Assembly: GCA_964022095.1 (NCBI GenBank)
Contig: CAXHZO010000011.1
Coordinates: forward strand, 14,481-78,480
DNA length: 64,000 nt
Source of the DNA: an uncultured Arcobacteraceae bacterium
GTDB taxonomy: Bacteria; Campylobacterota; Campylobacteria; Campylobacterales; Arcobacteraceae
Direction of reading: 5' to 3'
Part shown: piece after piece, positions 10,552 to 21,766 of the stretch
How the letters are laid out: every line of letters begins with the position of its first letter
How positions within the stretch are numbered: the stretch's first letter is position 1
Position numbers and translations under genes: made by a program
The notes under the pieces: generated by a model
Told to the model about the DNA's origin: nothing
The model's input: the letters and a program-made list of their open reading frames with translations, nothing else
Databases searched by the model: none

Positions 10552-12536
10552 TGAAAATTAATTACTGTGATGCATTAGTTATTGGTGGAGGTTTAGCTGG
10601 TCTTAGAGCTGCAGTTGCTGCTCAAAAGAAAGGTTTAAACTCTGTCGTTTTATCATTAGTTCCTGTAAAAAGATCTCATAGTGCAGCTGCTCAAGGTGGT
10701 ATGCAAGCATCTTTAGGTAACTCAAAAATGTCTGATGGTGATAATGAAGATTTACACTTTGCAGATACTGTAAAAGGTTCTGACTGGGGATGTGATCAAG
10801 AAGTTGCAAGAATGTTCGTACATACTGCACCAAAAGCTATTAGAGAATTAGCATCTTGGGGTGTGCCTTGGTCTAGAGTTAAAGAAGGAACAAGAGAAGC
10901 AGTTATCAATGCTAAGAAAACTACTATTACTGAAGATGCTGATAGACATGGTCTAATTACATCAAGAGACTTTGGTGGTACTAAAAAATGGAGAACATGT
11001 TATACAGCTGATGCAACTGGACATACAATGTTATTTGGTGTTGCAAATGAAGCTTTAAAACATGATGTTGATATTAGAGATAGAAAAGAAGCATTATCAT
11101 TAATTCACGAAAATGGAAGATGTTACGGTGCAATCGTTAGAGATTTAATTACTGGTGAATTAGAAGCTTACGTTGCAAAAGGTACATGTATCGCAACTGG
11201 TGGATATGGTAGAGTATTTAAACAAACTACTAATGCTGTAATTTGTGAAGGTACAGGGGCAGCTATTGCACTTGAAACTGGTATTGCTACACTTTCAAAT
11301 ATGGAAGCAGTACAATTCCACCCAACTCCAATTGTACCATCAGGTATTTTATTAACTGAAGGTTGTAGAGGTGATGGTGGTATCTTAAGAGACGTTGATG
11401 GTCATAGATTTATGCCAGATTACGAGCCAGAGAAAAAAGAACTTGCTTCAAGAGACGTTGTTTCTAGAAGAATGATTGAACATATTAGAAATGGTAAAGG
11501 TGTTCCTTCACCTTACGGTTTCCACGTATGGTTAGATATTTCTATTTTAGGTAGAGAGCATATTGAAAGAAACTTAAGAGACGTTCAAGAAATCTGTCAA
11601 ATCTTTAATGGTATTGATCCAGCAGATGAAGGAAAAGCAGGATGGGCTCCAGTTTTACCAATGCAACACTACTCTATGGGTGGAATTAGAACTAAACCAA
11701 CAGGTGAGTCTACTAGATTAGGTGGATTATTTGCTTGTGGTGAAGCATCTTGTTGGGATATGCATGGATTTAATAGACTTGGAGGAAACTCTGTATCTGA
11801 AACTGTTGTTGCTGGTATGATTATTGGTAACTACTTTGCAGATTATTGTTTAGAAAATGATGTAACAATTCCTACTTCAACTGTACAAAAATTCTTAGAT
11901 GAGCAAGAAGCTTATTTAGATGAAATCTTAGCTTACAATGGTAATGAAGATATCTTCAAAATCAAAAATAGAATGCAAAGATTAATGGATGAAAAAGTTG
12001 GTATCTTTAGAGATGGTCCACACTTAGAAGAAGCTGTTGAAGAGTTAAAAGAGTTATTACTTAAAACTAGACAAATTAATGTTAAATCTAAAGAAAAAGC
12101 TGGTAACCCAGAATTAGAAGAAGCATATAGAGTTCCTAGAATGTTAAAAGTTGCATTATGTGTAGCAAAAGGTGCTAGAGATAGAACTGAATCTAGAGGT
12201 GCACACTATAGAGAAGACTACTTAAAAAGAGATGATGCTAACTGGTTAAACAGAACTTTATGTACATGGCCAAATAAAGATGATATTGAACCAACTATCG
12301 AATATGCTCCATTAGACATTATGTCTATGGAAATGCCTCCAGCATTCAGAGGTTATGGTGCTAAAGGTATGATTATAGAGCATCCAGAATCTGAAGTAAG
12401 ACAAGCTCAAGTTGATGAAACTGTTGAGAAGTTAGAAGCAGAAGGTAAAGATAGACATGAAATTCAAGATGCATTAATGCCATTTGATTTACCAATGAAC
12501 TATAAAGAGAAAAATGAAAGAGCAGGAGACAAATAA
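10551..12536 (+). CDS. frdA: Fumarate reductase flavoprotein subunit
   Basis: GGGLAG FAD-binding motif, [19 protein letters not shown]. Confidence 0.97.
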   Translation: MKINYCDALVIGGGLAGLRAAVAAQKKGLNSVVLSLVPVKRSHSAAAQGGMQASLGNSKMSDGDNEDLHFADTVKGSDWGCDQEVARMFVHTAPKAIRELASWGVPWSRVKEGTREAVINAKKTTITEDADRHGLITSRDFGGTKKWRTCYTADATGHTMLFGVANEALKHDVDIRDRKEALSLIHENGRCYGAIVRDLITGELEAYVAKGTCIATGGYGRVFKQTTNAVICEGTGAAIALETGIATLSNMEAVQFHPTPIVPSGILLTEGCRGDGGILRDVDGHRFMPDYEPEKKELASRDVVSRRMIEHIRNGKGVPSPYGFHVWLDISILGREHIERNLRDVQEICQIFNGIDPADEGKAGWAPVLPMQHYSMGGIRTKPTGESTRLGGLFACGEASCWDMHGFNRLGGNSVSETVVAGMIIGNYFADYCLENDVTIPTSTVQKFLDEQEAYLDEILAYNGNEDIFKIKNRMQRLMDEKVGIFRDGPHLEEAVEELKELLLKTRQINVKSKEKAGNPELEEAYRVPRMLKVALCVAKGARDRTESRGAHYREDYLKRDDANWLNRTLCTWPNKDDIEPTIEYAPLDIMSMEMPPAFRGYGAKGMIIEHPESEVRQAQVDETVEKLEAEGKDRHEIQDALMPFDLPMNYKEKNERAGDK

Positions 12537-13270
12537 TGAGCGTTGAAAAAGGTAGAGAAATAACTATATCAGTTCTTAAATTTAATCCAAGAAGTAAGGT
12601 TGCAAAACCTCACTTTGTAGACTACAAATTAGAAGAGACTCCAGGTATGACTCTTTTCATTGCATTAATGAAAATTAGAGAAGAAATGGATCCAGATTTA
12701 TCATTTGACTTCGTATGTAGAGCCGGAATTTGTGGTTCTTGTGGTATGGTAGTTAATGGTAAGCCAGCACTTGCTTGTAGAACATTAATTGCTAATTACC
12801 CTACTGGTAATATTCAGTTAATGCCTATGCCAGCATTTGAACTTATCAAAGATTTATCAGTTAATACTGGTAAATGGATGGATGCAATGTCTAAAAGAGT
12901 TGAATCTTGGATTGTTGATAATGGTGAAGAAACTGATATTGCAAAAATGGAAGAAAGAATTGATCCAGATGTAGCAGACCAAACATTTGAATTAGACAGA
13001 TGTATTGAGTGTGGTATTTGTGTTGCTTCTTGTGGTACTAAATTAATGAGACCAGATTTCGTTGGACCTGTTGGATTAAACAGAGTTGCAAGATTTGAAG
13101 TTGATCCTCATGATAAAAGAACTGCAGAAGACTTTTATGAGTTAATTGGTGATGATGATGGAATCTTTGGTTGTATGTCTTTAATGGCGTGTGAAGACCA
13201 CTGTCCAAAACACTTACCATTACAAAATAAAATTGCTTACTTAAGAAGAAAACTAGTAGCACTTAGATAA
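12536..13270 (+). CDS. frdB: Fumarate reductase iron-sulfur subunit
   Basis: [32 protein letters not shown]. Confidence 0.97.
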   Translation: MSVEKGREITISVLKFNPRSKVAKPHFVDYKLEETPGMTLFIALMKIREEMDPDLSFDFVCRAGICGSCGMVVNGKPALACRTLIANYPTGNIQLMPMPAFELIKDLSVNTGKWMDAMSKRVESWIVDNGEETDIAKMEERIDPDVADQTFELDRCIECGICVASCGTKLMRPDFVGPVGLNRVARFEVDPHDKRTAEDFYELIGDDDGIFGCMSLMACEDHCPKHLPLQNKIAYLRRKLVALR

Positions 13271-13276
13271 TAATTT

Positions 13277-13302
13277 TAATACGAGGGATTCCCTTCGTAT
13301 TA
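13277..13302 (+). terminator. Terminator-like hairpin after frdB
   Basis: TAATACGAGGG-ATT-CCCTTCGTATTA. Confidence 0.65.
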
Positions 13303-13313
13303 TAAAGCTCAAG

Positions 13314-13356
13314 TATAAAAAGTTAAGTACCATTATTTGGTATTTAACTTTTTATA
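13314..13356. repeat. 19-bp inverted repeat upstream of the dynamin operon
   Basis: TATAAAAAGTTAAGTACCA-TTATT-TGGTATTTAACTTTTTATA, one G-T mismatch. Confidence 0.8.
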
Positions 13357-13372
13357 TTTTAGGGAGAGAGAT

Positions 13373-15730
13373 ATGAGCTTAGCAAATGACTATTTTTTAC
13401 TATATCATGGTATTACATTCGAACAGAATTTAGATGTAGAACCAATTGATTTAGAAGTTGACCATGATGTATATTCAATATATGCATTAGTTCTAGCAAT
13501 TACAAGAAAGAGTTCAGATAGAATTGTTCCTTTAACATCTTTTAAAACATTATGTCAAAAACTTAATGTTAAAGCACCTTCAAATATTGAAGAATTGAAT
13601 CACTTACAACACAATATTGTTGAAAATATAAAAATCACAAAAAGTAAAGATTTTATAAACACATTACATGAATCTTTTGAATACTTAAAAAAAGAAAAAA
13701 TGCTTAAACTTGAAGGATTAAGTAAATTAATTTCATTATTTGATCCAGAAGAGTTAGATTTAAATAATCATATCAATAATATTGATAATGAAGATTATGT
13801 AAAAGAAGAGAATAGATCATCATTTAAAGATCTAAAAGCTACTTTAGAAAAAGTAATTAATGAAGTTAAAAGTGAAATTTCTACAAATGAAAAATTTAAA
13901 GATGAATTAGAAGAAACAACTGAGTATTTAAACAATCAAAAATTCTCTATTGGTATTACAGGCGTGATGAATGCTGGTAAATCAACAATGTTAAATGCCC
14001 TAATGGGTAGAGAAATTCTTGGAAGTGCCGTTGTTCCTGAAACTGCAAATTTAACAATAGTAAAACATAACGTAAGTGAAAATGCAAAAGTATTTTACTG
14101 GAATAAAAACGAATGGTCTAGAATAGAAAACTCGGCAAAAGAGCTAGAGTCTATGAGAGATTATGTAAATGAAACAAACAAAATCTTTGGTGATGAATTA
14201 AAATCATATATTCAAGAAGAATCTAGATTTGATGAAGTAGAAATAAATGATTTATCACAATACACTTCAGCAGAAGCAAGTGGTAAAAAATGTAATTTAG
14301 TTAAATATGTAGAACTAGGTTCAGATTTAAACTTCTTAAAAGATGGAATTGAAATTGTTGATACTCCAGGATTAGATGATCCAGTAATTCAAAGAGAAGA
14401 AATTACAAAAGAGTACTTAGCTCAATGTGATATGATGTTACATTTAATGAATGTATCTCAAAGTGCAACACTAAAAGATGTTGAATTTATCATTGATGCA
14501 CTGCTTTATCAAAATATCTCAAAACTATTAATTGTAATTACAAGAGCTGATACAGTTAGTAAAGAACAACTTGATGAAGTAATTAGTTATACTAAATCAT
14601 CAATTGAAAAACAACTAAAAAAACAAAATAAAGATTCTCAGCTTGATTATATTTTAAAAACAATCAAATTTATTCCAATCTCTGGAAAAATGGCCTTACT
14701 TCATAGAATAGGAAGAGAACAAGAAGCATTAGATGCTGGTTTTAAACTTGAAGACACTGGAATATTAGAAATTGAAAACTACTTAAATGAAACTCTATTT
14801 GGATCAAGTTCTCAAAAAGGTGAGATAATTATTCAATCTGCTAAATCACAGATTATAAAAACCATCGAAAAAGAGAGCTTATCTTTAAACTATGAATTAA
14901 AACTTTTATCAAAATCAAAAGATGAACTAGAAAAAGAATTAAAAGAGTTCTCTAAAAGAAAAGAAGTAAATAAAAGAATTTTCGATGCTATGAATGAAGA
15001 TATTAATTTCTATAAAAATGACGCTAAATCATACATAGAATCACTTGAAACTTTTTTACAAGGGGAATTAATAGAGCTACAAAATGTCATCAAGCAAAGA
15101 GTTGTTGGTGATGTTAGATACTCTTTTGAAAAAACTAAGAAAAGACCTGAAAATTCAAGAATCAAAGTTATTGTTCAAACTGCAATTAAAGATGGAATGA
15201 TAGATATCATTAGAGACTACAGATATAAATTTATTAAAAAATCTCAAAGTATAGGGGAACAAAGTGAACAAAAATATCAAGACTTTGGATTTGTAGTTGG
15301 TCACAAAAATGATAATTTTGATGCAAGAGGTTTTTTCCAAGATGATTTTAAATCAGGTTTCTTAACATCAAACAATGAGGTACTTGTAAATCAAATTACA
15401 AATGCCGTTTCAAAATCAAAAGCTAATAAAATTCAAGAATTAGACAGAGAAATTGAATCTTATGTAAAAGAGCAATTTATTGATATTGAAAATGATTTAA
15501 AAACAAAAATAAATAAAGTTTCTCATCATCTTGTAGAGACATTCTTTGAAACATTAAATGCTCCACTAATTAGAGTTAGACAAAAATTAGAAGATGAAGA
15601 AAATATTTTACAAAATCAAATAGAGTCATTTGAGAAAAATGATGAAAATAGATCAAACTTATCAATTGATATTCACAAAAAAATCAAAAAATTAGAAACT
15701 ATTTCTAATGATATTAAAGGACTTGTATAA
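13373..15730 (+). CDS. Dynamin-like GTPase 1 (DLP1-like)
   Basis: GVMNAGKS P-loop, PET, DTPG, TRAD; coiled-coil C-terminus; ATG at 13373 follows an AGGGAGAGAG RBS. Confidence 0.88.
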   Translation: MSLANDYFLLYHGITFEQNLDVEPIDLEVDHDVYSIYALVLAITRKSSDRIVPLTSFKTLCQKLNVKAPSNIEELNHLQHNIVENIKITKSKDFINTLHESFEYLKKEKMLKLEGLSKLISLFDPEELDLNNHINNIDNEDYVKEENRSSFKDLKATLEKVINEVKSEISTNEKFKDELEETTEYLNNQKFSIGITGVMNAGKSTMLNALMGREILGSAVVPETANLTIVKHNVSENAKVFYWNKNEWSRIENSAKELESMRDYVNETNKIFGDELKSYIQEESRFDEVEINDLSQYTSAEASGKKCNLVKYVELGSDLNFLKDGIEIVDTPGLDDPVIQREEITKEYLAQCDMMLHLMNVSQSATLKDVEFIIDALLYQNISKLLIVITRADTVSKEQLDEVISYTKSSIEKQLKKQNKDSQLDYILKTIKFIPISGKMALLHRIGREQEALDAGFKLEDTGILEIENYLNETLFGSSSQKGEIIIQSAKSQIIKTIEKESLSLNYELKLLSKSKDELEKELKEFSKRKEVNKRIFDAMNEDINFYKNDAKSYIESLETFLQGELIELQNVIKQRVVGDVRYSFEKTKKRPENSRIKVIVQTAIKDGMIDIIRDYRYKFIKKSQSIGEQSEQKYQDFGFVVGHKNDNFDARGFFQDDFKSGFLTSNNEVLVNQITNAVSKSKANKIQELDREIESYVKEQFIDIENDLKTKINKVSHHLVETFFETLNAPLIRVRQKLEDEENILQNQIESFEKNDENRSNLSIDIHKKIKKLETISNDIKGLV

Positions 15731-17763
15731 TGAGTGCAAATTTAAAAATATTAGATAGTTTTATAAACGAATATAAACACACCTATGGAAAAGAAGAAAC
15801 TGTTTATGATGAAAGTTTAGTTGGTGATATTAAAAAGATTAAAGATAAATTATTAGATGAAAAGTTTTTACCTTCAAGACAATTAGAAAGAATTTTAGAT
15901 AAACAAATAAGAAAAGCAAGATATCCTATGGAAGTTGCAATTACAGGACAATTTTCAGCTGGTAAATCAACTTTTTTAAATGCCCTTTTATCAAAAAACA
16001 TCTTACCTACAGGAATTACTCCTGTTACTTCAAAAGTAAACTTTATCAATTATGGAGATGAGTATAAACTTAAGATCACATACTATTCAGGTGCTCAAGA
16101 ATATGCTCCAATTGAAGCAATTGCAGATTTTACAGATCAAAGACAAGATGAAATGAATGATATCAAATATCTAACTCTTTATGCTCCTATGGATATTTTA
16201 AAAGAGATATCTTTTGTAGATACTCCAGGACTTAATTCTCAAAGTCAAAGTGATACAGATACAACAAGAAGAGTTTTAAGAGATGTAGGTGGTATTATTT
16301 GGTTAACACTAATTGATAATGCAGGAAAACAATCTGAAGCTAAAATACTAGAAGAGTACATGGAGCATTTCCAAGATAAAACACTTTGTGTTTTAAATCA
16401 AAAAGATAAATTTAGTGAAGAACAAATTCAAACAACAACTAAATACGTAAGTGAAAAATTCTCAAAATATTTTGCCCAAGTTACTCCAATATCTGCAAAA
16501 ATGGCACTTGATTCTAGAGCTCAACAAAAAGATGTACTTATAGAAAACAATGTTGATGATATTTTAAAAGAGTTCAAAAATGATTTAAAAAGAAATTTAG
16601 ACAGTGGGAATCTAGAGTTCTTTGGAGAAAAATATAAAGAATTCCAATATAAAATTAGAGAAATCAAATATACTGATATCACAGAAAATCTAAAACTACA
16701 AAATGATTCAAATATCCAAGAAGTATTAAATTATATTGAAAATGAAATGAGACCAAAAGCAGCACAATCAAAAGAGCATGCAATTAAAAAAGATTTAAAA
16801 GGTATATGTGATATTTTAATTAAAGAGTATCAAACAATTATCGGTGTTTATGAAGCTTTAGCTCAAACATTACAAGACTTAGAAGAGTCTGTAATAAAAG
16901 ATTTTGAAGAAATTCATAAAAAATATAGTAAGCAACTATTTACTATATATAACTCTTTAGAATCAATCATGGATAAAATATCTCAAGAAACATATAAGAA
17001 TATAGAGAGAAAAAAAGCTATAAGATTTGAAGAATCAAAAGGTGGCTTCTTAAAAGGTGAAAAAATCCAAAAAGTTGAATATGAAACTTATTGGCTAAAT
17101 GCTGATAATATTTATAAAAACCTTTTTTATGATGATCAAACAATTGATAAAATGTTTAAAAGATCAATTAAACTTCTAAAAAATGTTGAGCTTGAAACAG
17201 ATGAAGCATTTAGAGAAGTTTATAGACATATTAGAAAAGATGTTAAAAAATGGCAAGAACCATATGAACTTCTTAGAAAACACAGAGAAATTGCTTCTGA
17301 TTTAGAGTTCTCAAATACAAGACACTTTGCAGCAAAAGTTTATGAAAATGTTTTAAGTAGTTACCATAGAGCTATTTTAGAAAATATCTCAGCACTTAGA
17401 AAAAAGTTTGCATACTTTAATGGTGCCTTATCTTATTCATATATTCAAACAACACAAGCAACTGTTGCACACTTTGAGCAACAAATACATGAGTCAGAAG
17501 AGCTATACAAAAAAGAACCGACAAGATTTTCTATTCAACATCCAAGACAAGAAGATATTCTTACAAAATTAAAAGCTAATTTTGGATTTGAAAAAATTGA
17601 AGACTTCTTAACTTCAAGAAGAAACTATTTATTTAAAGTAGTTAAATACTCAAAAGAGCAATTTGTAGATATAAATGAAGATAGAATAAAATTCATTAAG
17701 TCTAAAGAGGCACAATATCAAGAAAAAATTAAAGATTTAGAAAAAATTAAAGAGGGAATTTAA
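15730..17763 (+). CDS. Dynamin-like GTPase 2 (DLP2-like)
   Basis: GQFSAGKS, PVT, DTPG, NQKD; start overlaps the stop of the preceding dynamin gene. Confidence 0.88.
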   Translation: MSANLKILDSFINEYKHTYGKEETVYDESLVGDIKKIKDKLLDEKFLPSRQLERILDKQIRKARYPMEVAITGQFSAGKSTFLNALLSKNILPTGITPVTSKVNFINYGDEYKLKITYYSGAQEYAPIEAIADFTDQRQDEMNDIKYLTLYAPMDILKEISFVDTPGLNSQSQSDTDTTRRVLRDVGGIIWLTLIDNAGKQSEAKILEEYMEHFQDKTLCVLNQKDKFSEEQIQTTTKYVSEKFSKYFAQVTPISAKMALDSRAQQKDVLIENNVDDILKEFKNDLKRNLDSGNLEFFGEKYKEFQYKIREIKYTDITENLKLQNDSNIQEVLNYIENEMRPKAAQSKEHAIKKDLKGICDILIKEYQTIIGVYEALAQTLQDLEESVIKDFEEIHKKYSKQLFTIYNSLESIMDKISQETYKNIERKKAIRFEESKGGFLKGEKIQKVEYETYWLNADNIYKNLFYDDQTIDKMFKRSIKLLKNVELETDEAFREVYRHIRKDVKKWQEPYELLRKHREIASDLEFSNTRHFAAKVYENVLSSYHRAILENISALRKKFAYFNGALSYSYIQTTQATVAHFEQQIHESEELYKKEPTRFSIQHPRQEDILTKLKANFGFEKIEDFLTSRRNYLFKVVKYSKEQFVDINEDRIKFIKSKEAQYQEKIKDLEKIKEGI

Positions 17764-17769
17764 CCCTCT

Positions 17770-18261
17770 TTGAAACAAATAGCACACTATCCAAAAGAGA
17801 TACAAACACAAGTAAAATCTCTAATTGACAATAAAAAACTATCAGATTATATAAAATCTAAATATAAAAGCAAACACAGTTATGCAACTGATAAATCACT
17901 TTATAATTTTGTAATGGATTATAAAAATGACTACTTCAAAAAATATCAAGTATCAAAAGCTATTTATGATGGAAAAATAAATGTAATTGATAATGCTTTA
18001 GGAATGCATTCTTTTGTATCACGAGTTCAAGGTGGAAAACTAAAAGCAAAAAATGAAATTAGAGTTGCAAGTATGTTTAAAAATATGCCCGAAGAGTTTT
18101 TAGAAATGATTGTTGTTCATGAGTTATCTCACTTTAAAGAAAAAGAGCACAATAAAGCTTTCTATGATATGTGCACTTATATCATGCCTAATTATCATCA
18201 AGTTGAGCTAGATCTTAGAATTTATCTTATTCATTTAGAAAGGTTTGGAAAGCTTTACTAA
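17770..18261 (+). CDS. YgjP-like/M48-family metal-dependent hydrolase
   Basis: VVHELSHFKEKEHNKAFY HEXXH motif typical of YgjP. Confidence 0.8.
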   Translation: MKQIAHYPKEIQTQVKSLIDNKKLSDYIKSKYKSKHSYATDKSLYNFVMDYKNDYFKKYQVSKAIYDGKINVIDNALGMHSFVSRVQGGKLKAKNEIRVASMFKNMPEEFLEMIVVHELSHFKEKEHNKAFYDMCTYIMPNYHQVELDLRIYLIHLERFGKLY

Positions 18262-19130
18262 ATAAATTTTATAGGCACATAATAATCTAAACTAAACTTC
18301 TCTTCACTATTTAAAAAATGGTTTTCATGATAAATAGTAAATGATGGATTAGTTGAAGTTTCATAACCACTATTTATAAGCCAAGAGTGATAAACCCATT
18401 GAATTAATTTTAAAACATCTCCATAAACTCCAGTTACGCTAAATTTTGCATAAACTCCAGATGGAATATTTAAACTTGGTAAAGAACAATTCTTTATATC
18501 TTTTGAAGTACTTACACAAGCTATATATTGGCACTCTTTTAAATTTGTAATAATAGGATTATCATGGTGCAGTCCTACTTGAATAAAGTTTTCAATATCA
18601 TTTGAATAAATCCAAGTTTGAAGTTTCTGCCAAGTTTTTTTGATACTTCTATCATAACCTTGATGTCTAATATAATATGCTTTTCTTGAAGATAATCTTA
18701 CTATTTGAGGCTGTAAATTAGTAAAATCTGCTTTTGAATTAATTGCACTAATCGAATCTTTTAATATCTCATTTGAGTATTTTTTGTACCCTTCAGATTT
18801 CCACTGCTTTGGAGTCATTTTAAATCGTTGTTTAAATGCCCTTAAAAATGAAGTTTGAGAACTATATCCTATCATTTTTGATATTTCAGTTATTGTTGAA
18901 TTTGTATTTGAAACTAATAAATTTGAAGCTTTTATAAGTCTAATATCTTTTATACTTTCATAAATATTTTTTCCAAACTCATCTTTAAAAATTCTATGTA
19001 AATGATATTTACTTACGTTTAAATCAATTGATAATTCATCTATATTTATATCTGTATCAATATATTTATAAATATAATTCATAACATCATTTGCTAACTT
19101 TGCTCTTTTTTGAAGTGTAATTTTTTTCAT
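18258..19130 (-). CDS. AraC-family regulator with GyrI-like effector domain
   Basis: AraC HTH (SKYHLHRIF...GYSSQTSFLRAFK) plus C-terminal GyrI-like domain; ATG at 19130 preferred over the longer ORF start. Confidence 0.88.
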   Translation of the reverse strand: MKKITLQKRAKLANDVMNYIYKYIDTDINIDELSIDLNVSKYHLHRIFKDEFGKNIYESIKDIRLIKASNLLVSNTNSTITEISKMIGYSSQTSFLRAFKQRFKMTPKQWKSEGYKKYSNEILKDSISAINSKADFTNLQPQIVRLSSRKAYYIRHQGYDRSIKKTWQKLQTWIYSNDIENFIQVGLHHDNPIITNLKECQYIACVSTSKDIKNCSLPSLNIPSGVYAKFSVTGVYGDVLKLIQWVYHSWLINSGYETSTNPSFTIYHENHFLNSEEKFSLDYYVPIKFI

Positions 19131-19250
19131 AATTTTTATTATATCAAATTTTGCAAATAATATTAGCAAAAATAGATAGTTTTTGATTGTTTTTTAGTAA
19201 AGAATTAATTTTTTAAATAATATAAACTTCAAATAAAAAAAGGATAACAA

Positions 19251-20357
19251 ATGAAAAGATCATTTGTAAGAGAAATATTAGAATCAATTGATGAACAAAC
19301 AATATCATTTGCAGGTGGCTTACCAAACGAAAAATTATTTCCAAGTAAACAATTAAAAAAATGCGCAAAAAAAGTATTAAAAGATAAAAATATTTATCAA
19401 TATAGTTTAAGTAATGGAATACTTCCTTTAAGGCAAAAAATTGCAAAAAGGTACACAAATGAGGGCTTTGAAACAAATGAAGAAAATATTATGATTACAA
19501 CAGGTAGCCAACAAGCTATGTTTATACTTGCAAAATATTTTGAACAAAAAGAGATTACTTTAGAATGCCCATCATATCTAGGAGCAATAAATATTTTTAA
19601 ATTAAACAATATAAAAATGAATAGTATAAAATTAAAAGAAAAGGGAATAAAGCTAAATGATTTTGAAAAAAGTTTCAAAAAAAACAAACTTGCATATTTA
19701 ATTCCTGATTTTCAAAACCCAACATCAAAAACATATAGTGAAAAATCAAGAAAAGAAGTTGCAAGTATTATAAGAAAGTACAATGGACTTCTAATAGAAG
19801 ATTCCCCATATAGTGAATTGTATTTTGATAAAAAAATGACTTCTATTAGTTCTTATATTCCAAACAATAGTTTTCATCTAGGAAGCTTTTCAAAGACTTT
19901 AAGCCCAAGTCTAAGGCTTGGTTGGATTAGAGCATCAAAAGAGCTTATTGACTCGCTAATGATTATAAAAGAGAGTATTGATTTACATTCAAGTGGAATA
20001 TCTCAACATATTTTAAATGAATATTTAAGTGATGAAAATATGTATGAAGAACATATACAAACAATTAGAAATAATTACAAAAAAAAGATGAACTACTTTT
20101 GTAAGTGTTTAGATAAATATCTACCTACATTTAAATATAAAAAACCAAAAGGTGGAATGTTTATTTATGGAAGTTTTAAAGATATTGATACATTTAAATT
20201 AGTACAAAAAACAATGAAAGAAAAAGTTTTATTTGTACCGGGGAATCAATTTTATGAAAATAAAGAGCTTGAAAATAACCAGATCAGATTTAATTTTACT
20301 AACTCAAAATTAAAAAATATGAAAAAAGGAATTAAAAAAATTGCTTCTTTAATCTAA
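19251..20357 (+). CDS. PLP-dependent class I/II aminotransferase
   Basis: ISFAGGLP, PDFQNPT, EDSPY, GSFSKTLSPSLRLGW. Confidence 0.9.
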   Translation: MKRSFVREILESIDEQTISFAGGLPNEKLFPSKQLKKCAKKVLKDKNIYQYSLSNGILPLRQKIAKRYTNEGFETNEENIMITTGSQQAMFILAKYFEQKEITLECPSYLGAINIFKLNNIKMNSIKLKEKGIKLNDFEKSFKKNKLAYLIPDFQNPTSKTYSEKSRKEVASIIRKYNGLLIEDSPYSELYFDKKMTSISSYIPNNSFHLGSFSKTLSPSLRLGWIRASKELIDSLMIIKESIDLHSSGISQHILNEYLSDENMYEEHIQTIRNNYKKKMNYFCKCLDKYLPTFKYKKPKGGMFIYGSFKDIDTFKLVQKTMKEKVLFVPGNQFYENKELENNQIRFNFTNSKLKNMKKGIKKIASLI

Positions 20358-21677
20358 AGGAATATTTATAACTGTCTTTAAACCTTTATACTCTTCATCT
20401 TCAAAAGTAAAGTTTATATTTTCACTATAAACTTTACCTGATATTCCATTTTTTACTAGATTATAAACTATATTTAATCCCAATCCGGTACCAATATTTT
20501 TATGCTTAGTTGTAAAATATGGCTCATAGATTTTTTCTAAGAAGGCATCTTTAGAGTTATTAAAAATATTTAATAAAATTTGCAGAATTTCATTAGGATA
20601 GTTATATAGTATCTCATCATTAAGTATATTAATTTTTAAGTTAATATTATTAAACCATAACACAGGTTTAGTTAATTCATTAAAACTACTAATAACTTCA
20701 GAAACTTTAAAATGTACTTTATCTTTTTCACCTTTTATGTACTCTCTAAAATCATCAATTGTTTTTGATAGATACTGTACATTATCGTTTATATATTTAC
20801 AGTTTTCTTCTAAATTTTCTTTTGTAAGTATATTATTATCGCTTTGAATAATAATTCCTGTGGCACTTGAAGAAATGACAGATAAGGGCTGTCTCCACTG
20901 ATGAGCTATATTTGCAATCATTTCACCCATTGAAGCTAATTTTGCTTGTTCAAATAAAATTTTGTCTTTTGCTTTATTTTTTTCAATTTCTTCTTTGATT
21001 TTTTCATCTAAGTTTTTATTTAAATCTTTTAACTTATCACTTCTTTCTTTGATTTTTGTTTGCATTTGAATCATAGATTTTGAAAGTACACTCACTTCGT
21101 CATTTGAAAAAATTTGTTTTATCTTGTAATTTTCATCTTCACCAAGTTTTTTTGCATCAATTTCTAATTTTTCTAAATTTTTTGAGAGGGTATAACCAAT
21201 TAAATATGCCATTAATAAAGACAATAGCAATTCAAGTAAAATAATCTTATACATAGTATTTTTATGATTTTCAATAATCGAGTAATTTTTCTGAAAATCT
21301 AACCAAATTTCTAAATAGCCTAACTTTAGATCATTTTGAATTAATGATATTTTTTCTACTGTAGAGTTTGATATATTTTGTGCATCTCCAACCTGAGATA
21401 AAAGTAAATTTGAAGAGTCAAAAACTTTCATCAATTTTACATTTTGATGTTCAATCATATTTTTTAATATATTATCAATTGTTCCAATATCACAATTAGA
21501 AACTGGGACTTTCAATAACTTTTTACTAAGATTTTTAATAAATTTTTCTTTTTCATCAATTAGTTTATATGATGAATTATTTATAAAGTTAATATTAAAG
21601 TATATAATCAATGCCAAAAAGATTGATTCAAGGAGAACAAAAGAAAAAATAAATTTATATTTAAATGAAAAGTTCAA
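20349..21677 (-). CDS. Membrane sensor histidine kinase (HAMP-HisKA-HATPase), apparently lacking the G1 box
   Basis: IAHQWRQPL H-box, N-box NIFNNSKDA, EPYFTTK and GTGLGL present; DxxxGI segment absent. Confidence 0.8.
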   Translation of the reverse strand: MNFSFKYKFIFSFVLLESIFLALIIYFNINFINNSSYKLIDEKEKFIKNLSKKLLKVPVSNCDIGTIDNILKNMIEHQNVKLMKVFDSSNLLLSQVGDAQNISNSTVEKISLIQNDLKLGYLEIWLDFQKNYSIIENHKNTMYKIILLELLLSLLMAYLIGYTLSKNLEKLEIDAKKLGEDENYKIKQIFSNDEVSVLSKSMIQMQTKIKERSDKLKDLNKNLDEKIKEEIEKNKAKDKILFEQAKLASMGEMIANIAHQWRQPLSVISSSATGIIIQSDNNILTKENLEENCKYINDNVQYLSKTIDDFREYIKGEKDKVHFKVSEVISSFNELTKPVLWFNNINLKINILNDEILYNYPNEILQILLNIFNNSKDAFLEKIYEPYFTTKHKNIGTGLGLNIVYNLVKNGISGKVYSENINFTFEDEEYKGLKTVINIPLD

Positions 21678-21731
21678 ATTAAAGCCTAATATTAAATGAA
21701 TATTGATTCACATTATACTATAAAGAGTTTA

Positions 21732-21758
21732 TAAAATAGGGATTAAATCCCTATTTTA
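21732..21758 (-). terminator. Terminator hairpin after the nitrite/sulfite reductase gene
   Basis: TAAAATAGGGAT-TAA-ATCCCTATTTTA. Confidence 0.7.
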
Positions 21759-21766
21759 ATCAAGTT

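Noticed and set aside
13337-13372. TTG start of the first dynamin ORF at 13337
   Set aside because: Lies inside the inverted repeat; the ATG at 13373 has a good RBS
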